DNA from: Candidatus Shapirobacteria bacterium
GTDB taxonomy: Bacteria; Patescibacteriota; Microgenomatia; UM-FILTER-40-11
Direction: 5' to 3'
DNA: 64,000 nucleotides
Assembly (NCBI GenBank): GCA_020059745.1
Contig: JAGVBK010000004.1
Coordinates: forward strand, 242,511-306,510
The notes under the pieces were generated by a model. That model saw only the letters and a program-made list of their open reading frames with translations, searched no databases and was not told the DNA's origin. Below are positions 30,835-38,321 of this stretch, in pieces (positions within the stretch are counted from its first letter, which is position 1; every line of letters begins with the position of its first letter). The position numbers and the translations under genes were made by a program.

Positions 30835-31749
30835 ATGATCAAACCAACTTTTCAATTCAGGATAGAAAAGGAGACTCCCGACTACGGAGTATTCATCTTT
30901 GAGCCTTTACAACAAGGCTACGGACAAACCTTGGGCAACTCTTTAAGAAGAGTGCTTCTAAGCAGCATGCCCGGTGCCGCTATTGTTCAGGTAAAAATAA
31001 GCGGAGTTAAACATCTTTTTTCGACCCTCAAAGGCATGAAGGAGGATATTGTTGAATTTACCCTTAATCTTAAGAAGGTCAGGATTAATTATAGTGGCGA
31101 CAAGCCGGTAAAAATTACTCTTGAAAAAACCGGTCCAGGTAAAATAACCGCTGCTGATTTTAAAGTTCCTTCTGGGGTAGAAATTGTAAACAAAGACCAA
31201 GTTTTAGGCACATTAGCTGACAAAAATGCCAAGCTTAAGGGTGAGTTTATAGTCGAATCCGGTTTTGGCTATATTCCTTTTGAAGAAAGAGAATCAAGTG
31301 AAATCGGAGTTATTCCTTTGGATGCAATTTTTACGCCAGTAAAAAGAGTTAACTATCATGTAAGCGCTACCCGTGTTGGAAGAGTGACAAACTTTGACAG
31401 GTTGAACATGGAAGTTTGGACAGACGGTACGATTGCCCCCAAAGATGCGGTTTTACGCGCCGCCGAAACACTAAGCTCTTTCTTTAATCAAATTGTCAAT
31501 CCTCAAGAGGTTGAAGAAGAGGTGGAAGAGGTAACAGAATATAAGGCAGAAGAGCCCTCTTTAACAATTGAGGAACTTGAATTGCCGACAAGAATAGTGA
31601 ATGCCCTTCTAAAGGTAGGGGTTAGAAATGTAGCTGATATTCAGAAAGCAGGCAGAAAAAAGATTTCTAAGGTAAAAAACCTTGGTGGTAAATCTTTAAA
31701 GATAATTGAAGCTGCTTTGGTTGAAAAGGGAGTTGAATTAAAGGACTAA
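30835..31749 (+). CDS. rpoA: RNA polymerase alpha subunit
   Basis: GYGQTLGNSLRRVLLSS, DAIFTPV, KNLGGKSL. Confidence 0.98.
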   Translation: MIKPTFQFRIEKETPDYGVFIFEPLQQGYGQTLGNSLRRVLLSSMPGAAIVQVKISGVKHLFSTLKGMKEDIVEFTLNLKKVRINYSGDKPVKITLEKTGPGKITAADFKVPSGVEIVNKDQVLGTLADKNAKLKGEFIVESGFGYIPFEERESSEIGVIPLDAIFTPVKRVNYHVSATRVGRVTNFDRLNMEVWTDGTIAPKDAVLRAAETLSSFFNQIVNPQEVEEEVEEVTEYKAEEPSLTIEELELPTRIVNALLKVGVRNVADIQKAGRKKISKVKNLGGKSLKIIEAALVEKGVELKD

Positions 31750-31753
31750 CCCC

Positions 31754-32278
31754 ATGAGAAAACAAGTTTTTGGACGCCAGCTTAACCGGACGAAAAACCA
31801 GCGCCAAGCTCTTTTTAGAGGGCTTATAAACGCGCTTATTGTTAAGGGAGAAATTGAAACAACTCTGCCTAAGGCAAAGTCAATTATCTCTCAGACGGAA
31901 AAACTGATTACCAAAGCTAAAAGTGGAACATTAAACGACCGAAGGATTCTTTTTCGTTTTTTAAACAAAAGAAATTCAGTTAACCGATTGGTTGAAGAAA
32001 TTGCTCCGCTTTTTAAAGAACGAAACGGTGGATACCTGCGCCTTGTAAGAGTTGGTCAAAGAAAAGGCGATCAGGCGGAAATAGCACGAGTTTCTTTTAC
32101 GGAAAACGTTGAACCAATGGTTAAAAGACAAAAACAAGAAACCAAAGTCTTGGAAAAGGCAGAAACAAAAGAAAAAACCGCCGAAGAAATAAAAGAGATA
32201 AAAGAAGTTGAGGTTCAAGAATCGAACGAAAAACCTAGAAAAAAAGCTCAAAAAAAAGAAGCTAGGGAGAATAAATGA
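31754..32278 (+). CDS. rplQ: 50S ribosomal protein L17 with K/E-rich tail
   Basis: IETTLPKAK, RNGGYLR, RKGD. Confidence 0.96.
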   Translation: MRKQVFGRQLNRTKNQRQALFRGLINALIVKGEIETTLPKAKSIISQTEKLITKAKSGTLNDRRILFRFLNKRNSVNRLVEEIAPLFKERNGGYLRLVRVGQRKGDQAEIARVSFTENVEPMVKRQKQETKVLEKAETKEKTAEEIKEIKEVEVQESNEKPRKKAQKKEARENK

Positions 32279-32718
32279 TAAAAGCAACGAAAAAGTCAGA
32301 AATAAAAAGAGGCTGGCATCTTATTGATGCCAAGGGAGAAATTCTGGGTCGCTTGGCTACAAAAGTGGTACCCTTGCTTCTTGGGAAAAATAAACCCTAT
32401 TTTGTAAGGAATCTGGATTGCGGTGACCATGTGGTGATAATTAATGCCGGCGACATTAAGGTTACTGGTAAAAAAGAACAGCAAAAAACTTATCAGTCCT
32501 TTTCCGGATATCCGGGAGGTTTAAGAGAAATTTCTTACGCGCAAATGAAGGAGAGGTTTCCTGAAAAAATTATTGAAAAAGCAATCCGCAACATGCTTCC
32601 GAAAAATAAATTAAGAGACTGTTGGATGGGAAAACTTCATGTTTTTGCCGGAAGCGAGCACAATTATAAAGATAAGTTTAAAGAGATAAAGAAAGAAAGT
32701 AAAAAAGAGGAGAAATAA
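32275..32718 (+). CDS. rplM: 50S ribosomal protein L13
   Basis: WHLIDA, LGRLA, DCGDHVVIINA, GYPGG, MLPKN. Confidence 0.98.
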   Translation: MIKATKKSEIKRGWHLIDAKGEILGRLATKVVPLLLGKNKPYFVRNLDCGDHVVIINAGDIKVTGKKEQQKTYQSFSGYPGGLREISYAQMKERFPEKIIEKAIRNMLPKNKLRDCWMGKLHVFAGSEHNYKDKFKEIKKESKKEEK

Positions 32719-32720
32719 AA

Positions 32721-33137
32721 ATGGAAAAAAAGACTAAGGTAGCGAAAAAAGATTTTATTTATGGTTTGGGAAGAAGGAAAAGGAGTGTGGCTAGAGTCAG
32801 GCTTTTTACCGGGAAAGGTCAAACTATGATTAACGAACAGCCGATTGGTGAATACTTTAAAAATGTTTCCCCAGTCCAATTTTTTAAGCCTTTTGACTTA
32901 ACCGAAACAACCGGAAAATATTATGCCACTGCCAAAGTTGAAGGTGGTGGAAAAGCTGGACAACTCGGTGCCTTTTTACACGGTTTAAGCCGGGCTTTAT
33001 CTGAAGTTAACCCTGAAAAATTTAGAAAACCTTTAAAATCAGCTGGACTTTTGACCAGGGACCCCCGAGAAAAAGAAAGAAGAAAACCAGGCCTGGCCCA
33101 GTCAGCAAGAGCCAAAAAGCAATCACCAAAGCGTTAA
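32721..33137 (+). CDS. rpsI: 30S ribosomal protein S9
   Basis: GRRKRSVARV, LTRDPREKERRKPG. Confidence 0.98.
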   Translation: MEKKTKVAKKDFIYGLGRRKRSVARVRLFTGKGQTMINEQPIGEYFKNVSPVQFFKPFDLTETTGKYYATAKVEGGGKAGQLGAFLHGLSRALSEVNPEKFRKPLKSAGLLTRDPREKERRKPGLAQSARAKKQSPKR

Positions 33138-33252
33138 CAGGAGCGTTTCTTCCGTCTTTCTTAAACTTGAAACTTTTAATTTTTTGTCTGTGGTTAGCAC
33201 TTTTATTAAAAAAACTTTTGGTAAAAGTGAGGACAAGTGTTGCCGTGAGAAG

Positions 33253-33675
33253 TTAGGCAATTTTTAGCTCTTTGGCGACTCCGGGATCAAGTGAGGTGGT
33301 AAAAAGTATTTTCATTTCTTTGGGTTTTACCCATTTAATTTGTGCTACTTCATGAGGCTCGCTTGGTTTTTGAATTGGTTGGGGTTCAGTAAGCCGGCAA
33401 AGATGATAGGCAATAATGACATGTTGTATTTGAGGGTGAACTCTTAGGGAAATCTGTTTGGTGCATTTAATTTGGTAGCCGGTTTCGGCAAGGACTTCTC
33501 TTTCAACGCAGTCTTCGCGGCTTTCTTCAAATTTTTGCTTGCCGCCAGGAAAGGCCCACCTAAGCACGGAACCATCTTTTCCTTTTTCTTCTTTTACTCT
33601 TTGGATTAGCAGAACTTCCCCTTTTTCATTTAAGACTACACCTAGGTTAATAAAGTTTTTACTTTCTGCGTTCAT
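33253..33675 (-). CDS. NUDIX hydrolase
   Basis: Nudix box FPGGKQKFEESREDCVEREVLAETG. Confidence 0.9.
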   Translation of the reverse strand: MNAESKNFINLGVVLNEKGEVLLIQRVKEEKGKDGSVLRWAFPGGKQKFEESREDCVEREVLAETGYQIKCTKQISLRVHPQIQHVIIAYHLCRLTEPQPIQKPSEPHEVAQIKWVKPKEMKILFTTSLDPGVAKELKIA

Positions 33676-34148
33676 AAGGCTATTCTATCAGAAGGTGTCA
33701 AACTAATTTTTTTAGCAAAGAGACAGGCAAGTTTCAAATCATTACTATTAGGTCTATTTTTATTTATGCCGCCGATTTCTTTTAAAGCACCAACTTCATC
33801 ATGGCCAGAGCAGCAAAACTCGCCCACAAGCTCAAAGCCTTTTTCTTTCAATACCTCTTTAAAGGGATCATGCCAGACGAATTTTAGTTTCGGCATGCCG
33901 GCGGTTGAGAAGACAAAGGCGGGTTTTTTGTTTTGAAAAGGCAGTTTTTTTACCAGATTAAAAATAGTTTCGTGGTGCCGGCCAAAATAAATCCCTGAAC
34001 CGAAGCCGACAAGATCATATTTTTCAAGGTCAGCAGGTTTAACTTCTTCCGGTTTAAGGACTTTAGCTTTAAGTTCGCTAGCCATTGCTCCTGTAACTTT
34101 TTGAGTATTGCCTTTGTGAACTGAGCGGCAGACGATTAGTACCTTCAT
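33672..34148 (-). CDS. flavodoxin-family protein
   Basis: SVHKGNT FMN loop, YDLVGFGSGIY, FVFSTAG. Confidence 0.9.
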   Translation of the reverse strand: MKVLIVCRSVHKGNTQKVTGAMASELKAKVLKPEEVKPADLEKYDLVGFGSGIYFGRHHETIFNLVKKLPFQNKKPAFVFSTAGMPKLKFVWHDPFKEVLKEKGFELVGEFCCSGHDEVGALKEIGGINKNRPNSNDLKLACLFAKKISLTPSDRIAL

Positions 34149-34196
34149 TTTTCAAGGCCATTTTACCAGAAAGACTTAAAATGATAAACTAGGGCG

Positions 34197-35201
34197 ATGA
34201 AAATTCTTAAAGCTTTTTTATTGCTTGTTTTTGCTTTGCTTGCAGGTTTTTCTTTTTGGTTTTACAGAGAGTTTAGCGGACCAGCCAAAGAAGCTCAAAA
34301 CCAAAGGTTTGTTATTAGTCTTGATACTAAAGAAGAAGAAGTTATTGAAAGGCTTTATAGTGAAGGCTTTTTAAAAAACAAAACCATTTTTAACCTGATT
34401 TTGGATTTTAAGGGCTGGAGGGGAAAGATTGAACCTGGAGCTTATTATCTTTCTAAAGCCATGAATGCATATGAGCTTGCCGGGACGCTTGCTTATGGCC
34501 CGGTCCAAAAATGGGTGGTTATCCCGCCGGGAAAGAGAAAAGAGCAGACGGCCCTTATTCTAAAAAAAGCCTTAAATTGGCCGGATGACATGACTATAAA
34601 TTTTATCACCGTTGCCGAGGAAGGATATCTTTTTCCGGATACCTATCTTATCAATACCGATGCTACGCCTGAGGAAGTTTTTAAAAAACTGAAAGGAAAT
34701 TTCAATGAAAAGTTCAGTGCTGAAATTCAACAAGGCCTGCTTTTGAAAAACATAAGAAATGATACGGCCATTAAAATTGCTTCGCTTATTGAAAGAGAAT
34801 CAGGCGGAGACAGTGATAAGCCGATAATTGCAGGCATTATTTTAAACAGAATAAAAAAAGAAATGCGGCTTGAGATTGACGCCACAGTTCAATATGCTTT
34901 GGCAACAGAAAATTGCTCGCTTTCCTCAAAAAACACAGAAAGCCACCCTTTATTTGAATGCGATTTTTGGCCAAAGCTTCCAAGCGGCTTGGTTAGAAAA
35001 GTAGATTCTCCCTTTAATACCTACCGGATTGATGCCTTGCCGCCTGCACCTATTTGCTCCCCCGGTCTTGCCTCAATAAAAGCAGTGGCTTTTCCGGCGG
35101 AAACAGAGGCCTTTTACTACCTTCACTCTCAAGATAGGCAAATCCATACTGCCGAAACCTACGAAGAGCACAAAGAGAATATAAAAGAGTATTTGGATTA
35201 A
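34197..35201 (+). CDS. mltG: endolytic transglycosylase MltG (YceG family)
   Basis: N-terminal TM, EGYLFPDTY, ASLIERE, DATVQY, SPFNTY..LPP.PI.SPG. Confidence 0.93.
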   Translation: MKILKAFLLLVFALLAGFSFWFYREFSGPAKEAQNQRFVISLDTKEEEVIERLYSEGFLKNKTIFNLILDFKGWRGKIEPGAYYLSKAMNAYELAGTLAYGPVQKWVVIPPGKRKEQTALILKKALNWPDDMTINFITVAEEGYLFPDTYLINTDATPEEVFKKLKGNFNEKFSAEIQQGLLLKNIRNDTAIKIASLIERESGGDSDKPIIAGIILNRIKKEMRLEIDATVQYALATENCSLSSKNTESHPLFECDFWPKLPSGLVRKVDSPFNTYRIDALPPAPICSPGLASIKAVAFPAETEAFYYLHSQDRQIHTAETYEEHKENIKEYLD

Positions 35202-35204
35202 TGT

Positions 35205-35351
35205 CGCCAACGAGCGAAAAATCTTGAACTGTTGACAGATACCATTTTAACACACTGGAAACCGCCCACTTTTGACATAACAAAGGTTATTTTGGATGAA
35301 AAATACAAGTATGAGGGCTTGGGAAACGGTGGATTTACGTATCAATACTAA
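35205..35351 (+). other. start-less 48-codon frame at attL; predicted C-terminal tail of the recombinase in the excised form
   Basis: Joining 47016-19 to 35203-06 gives ...IVSS-RQRAKNLELLTDTILTHWKPPTFDITKVILDEKYKYEGLGNGGFTYQY*. Confidence 0.7.
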
Positions 35352-35392
35352 TATGGTGATGACTATTGAACTTATTATTTTGGATATTAGTT

Positions 35393-35593
35393 TTACAGAA
35401 GTATCCGCCCACCTTTACCATCACTTATGGTATAAGCATTAAGTTTTCTTAACTCTTCACTTACGGAGACTTTTAGTAAGGTTCTTACTAATGAAACAAA
35501 GGTTATTTTGGTCAAATCTACATTATCCACTTGGTCTACTGGAGGCGTGTTATTTTCGTTAGCATGGAGAGTATTATTCTCTTTTAGTCCCAT
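35393..35593 (-). CDS. small hypothetical protein (66 aa)
   Basis: ORF track only; co-oriented with the upstream wHTH gene. Confidence 0.4.
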   Translation of the reverse strand: MGLKENNTLHANENNTPPVDQVDNVDLTKITFVSLVRTLLKVSVSEELRKLNAYTISDGKGGRILL

Positions 35594-35668
35594 GCTTCAA
35601 TTTTCATTGTTGCAACGCACTTTTACTATTAGAGGATACTGAAGAAAAGTGAGGAAACTGAGGAGAAA

Positions 35669-36043
35669 TTAACCCATTACGATTATTTTTTGGTCATCAT
35701 CTATAACAAGTTTTGCACCTCGCCATGTTTCTATAGACATTGGTAGCCCTTTTAACTCCAAACGTAGGTGGTTTATTTGTCTCTGTATCCCTTGGTTTAC
35801 TCTTGCCCGTTTCCCTTGGGGCGGATAGTGAGGGTTATAACTTGTCTTGTAAATCTCCTCATAACTACACAGATTGTTGGCATTGTAAAAAAGATGGATA
35901 AAGATTGCACACCGTACCGTTTTACTATCCTTAAAAGTGTGGACGAGTTTCTTCTTATGGTATAAGAATACGCTCCGACCGTCCGTCTCTAGTTTCCAAC
36001 TGTTCAAAGTCACCTTTTTATTAGGAAATACAATAACGTGCAT
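35669..36043 (-). CDS. winged-helix (OmpR/PhoB effector-like) DNA-binding protein
   Basis: CSYEEIY...IQRQINHLRLEL...IETWRGAKL resembles Trans_reg_C; extended -10 upstream. Confidence 0.65.
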   Translation of the reverse strand: MHVIVFPNKKVTLNSWKLETDGRSVFLYHKKKLVHTFKDSKTVRCAIFIHLFYNANNLCSYEEIYKTSYNPHYPPQGKRARVNQGIQRQINHLRLELKGLPMSIETWRGAKLVIDDDQKIIVMG

Positions 36044-36065
36044 ATTTATATTTATCTTTGTTTAC

Positions 36066-36099
36066 ATTATACCAATGAGGCGCCTCAATCTGATATAAT
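36066..36099. promoter_or_regulatory. back-to-back extended -10 promoters around a palindromic operator
   Basis: Minus TGGTATAAT (36074-36066), TGAGGCGCCTCA palindrome (36076-36087), plus TGATATAAT (36091-36099). Confidence 0.65.
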
Positions 36100-36100
36100 T

Positions 36101-36307
36101 TGGGTAACGACCTAAACTCGTAGCAATACGGGCATGGTTAAAACCAAAACCCACCATAGGGGAACGAGCGCTCCTCGTTCAGCGTACCTATGGTGGGTCA
36201 CAATCCGAAAGGGTTGTGTGTAGCCGAAAGGCTATGGCGCTGGCGGGGGGCGCTTATTGCGTTTACCCACCTCGCCGACCCTACGCAAATTATTAGTAGT
36301 AATTTGC
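36101..36307 (+). ncRNA. candidate structured RNA or 5' leader of unknown family
   Basis: Seven or more stems, three GNRA tetraloops, plus-strand G-U pairs and a 7-bp pseudoknot. Confidence 0.7.
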
Positions 36308-36328
36308 TACAGAAAGGAAGGTGAGACT

Positions 36329-36535
36329 ATGAGAAAAACCGTACGCTACAAAAAGGGAGACATTGTAGGTAGAAAGTTAAAGGAAGCCACTCTGTTAAGG
36401 GGTTGGAAAATTGTTGAGGAAAAAGAAACAGGAGGATTTAGTGCTGGCAAAGGATTTTTATTAGGTCTGATATTTTTACCTCTAGCCCTTTTTGGTTTTG
36501 GAACTTATGTAGAAGTAACATACGAAAAACAGTAA
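36329..36535 (+). CDS. small single-TM membrane protein (68 aa)
   Basis: AAGGAAGGTGA RBS, ATG 36329; TM GFLLGLIFLPLALFGFG; terminator follows. Confidence 0.8.
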   Translation: MRKTVRYKKGDIVGRKLKEATLLRGWKIVEEKETGGFSAGKGFLLGLIFLPLALFGFGTYVEVTYEKQ

Positions 36536-36553
36536 ACATTAGTAAGCCTTAAT

Positions 36554-36592
36554 AAATACCCTTCTCAAAATTAGCGAGAGGGGTATTTTTTT
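36554..36592 (+). terminator. intrinsic terminator
   Basis: AAATACCCTTCTC...GAGAGGGGTATTT + T-tract. Confidence 0.8.
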
Positions 36593-36665
36593 GGGCAAAT
36601 TACTAGCAAAGCGCTGGTTTTAGTTCGGTGTTTTCACCAAAAGAAGGATTTTTTATAATATAAAC

Positions 36666-36965
36666 ATGGGTAGAAGTATGAGAGGTGATTACGTAGAGAT
36701 GTTTAAGTTTTACTTTATGGGTATGAGAACTGATACAAATCTATCAATGGATATAGTTGACCCTCTTACCCGTGAAGTTAAACATTTTTCATTGCCTCAA
36801 TATAAGAGAACTAGTTATAGAGATGTAGCAAGGCATTTTGGCTATAGCGTAAGGCAGATTGAAAAAATTGGGAAAAAATACAAGTGGTATTTACAGCGTA
36901 AGTATTTTCATCTAAAAGTTATGAACCGCTTACCGTGGGATAAGGAGTGGATTTACAAAAGTTAA
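36666..36965 (+). CDS. HTH protein resembling the N-terminal HTH of phage terminase small subunits
   Basis: SYRDVARHFGYSVRQIEKIGKKYKW; TATAAT 6 nt upstream. Confidence 0.55.
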   Translation: MGRSMRGDYVEMFKFYFMGMRTDTNLSMDIVDPLTREVKHFSLPQYKRTSYRDVARHFGYSVRQIEKIGKKYKWYLQRKYFHLKVMNRLPWDKEWIYKS

Positions 36966-38293
36966 GCAACTTGTGGTTGTTCTATTAACCAACCGTTTTG
37001 CTTTAAGAAAGCCTTTAATAATTCGTTACTTACATCTTCATAGCCTAAGCTCCAATAGATTTCTTTTATAAAGTTAATAATATAGCCTTGAAGTGCCAAG
37101 TCGTCATATAAAAGAGACGTCTCTATTTCAACTCGCCAAATGTATTTATTCTTTAGTGGCACTTCCTCGTCCTCATGCCAGAACAAACCACCTCTGTAGC
37201 CGTTAGGAACAATACGTTTTAATTGCGCCCCATTTATACCATCTAGTTCTAAATACCCATAAATAGCCCCTTGATAATTAAACAGCTTATAAAAGTTCTT
37301 TAATGCCTTTAGAAACATGATGTAGTACACAGCTATTGCTTCTATATAAATATGCTTTCTTGTAGCGTCTTGGCGCAGTACGTTTTCTGCTAAATACATT
37401 AAGCCTGCCGAAAAGACCTGCTGGCAACTCAAACCGCCATCATAATTATGCTGGAAACGATAGACGCCCTCTTGAATTGGTTTAAGATTTAGGTCTGGGA
37501 AATCTGTACTACCCTTACGATACCTAATTTGTTCAATCTTGGTCTTTATATCATTTGGGTTGCAAAGCGCTCTTTGTGGATAGTAAGGCTGTAAAAGAAT
37601 AGTTAGCATAGAAACCTCCGTGCCTAAAGGTTTCTGGTAATACTGTGAGTTATATTCTGGCGGTTGTTGGCCTTGTGCTTTAGCTTTCTCTATTTGTTTT
37701 TGGTAATTGGCTTTTTCAACTGCTATAAGTTTTAGACGTTTTCTTTCTTCTGCTTTAAGTCCAGCCTCATAATTTTCTTTAGCAATCCTTATATAGTTTT
37801 CTCTTGCTAACCTTGCCTTATCTTTTTTACCTACTAATAACTCTACAGCTTCTGGACTAGCAAGGCTAATTGGGTCTGTAATGTTTCCACTACGAACATA
37901 GATATTAGCCTCATTGTGGACATAATAGGGCGTTCTATCTCCCTCGTAAATCCTTACTAATATAAATACTTTTCCATTTACTTCATTGGTTACGTGCAAG
38001 TCGTAGAGCGGTCTTGGGTCTACTGAAGTAGCATATTGATGTATTTTATCCGCTAACTTGCTATCAAAAGTAATGCCGTCAAAAACTACTGGTTTACCAG
38101 ATTTGTCCTCTTCTACGCCTACTATGATTACGCCACCTCTGCTATTGGAGAATGAGGCAAAATGCTTGGCTAAACCCTTACTTGGAAGTTCTTTTTTGTA
38201 ATCTAACTGAAATCCCTCAATGTAACCCTGTTTACAGAACTCAACTACCTCTTCAAATGTAAAAGTATCTATAGGTTTGCTTAGTATTTGCAT
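36962..38293 (-). CDS. Schlafen/AlbA_2-domain protein with unknown C-terminal domain
   Basis: EGFQLDYK, ASFSNSRGGVIIVGVEE, YVRSG. Confidence 0.85.
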   Translation of the reverse strand: MQILSKPIDTFTFEEVVEFCKQGYIEGFQLDYKKELPSKGLAKHFASFSNSRGGVIIVGVEEDKSGKPVVFDGITFDSKLADKIHQYATSVDPRPLYDLHVTNEVNGKVFILVRIYEGDRTPYYVHNEANIYVRSGNITDPISLASPEAVELLVGKKDKARLARENYIRIAKENYEAGLKAEERKRLKLIAVEKANYQKQIEKAKAQGQQPPEYNSQYYQKPLGTEVSMLTILLQPYYPQRALCNPNDIKTKIEQIRYRKGSTDFPDLNLKPIQEGVYRFQHNYDGGLSCQQVFSAGLMYLAENVLRQDATRKHIYIEAIAVYYIMFLKALKNFYKLFNYQGAIYGYLELDGINGAQLKRIVPNGYRGGLFWHEDEEVPLKNKYIWRVEIETSLLYDDLALQGYIINFIKEIYWSLGYEDVSNELLKAFLKQNGWLIEQPQVA

Positions 38294-38321
38294 AATTCAA
38301 TGTCATGAAATTGAGTTAGTT

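Noticed and set aside
35202-35260. Long duplicated tRNA 3' end (tyrosine-integrase-type attL)
   Set aside because: Only the 4-bp core and an offset CTTGAAC are shared, which fits a serine integrase instead.
36165-36190. HDV-like ribozyme (TCCTCGT resembles L3)
   Set aside because: No P3/P1.1 nested pseudoknot can be built. Hammerhead, twister and group II domain V motifs are also absent.
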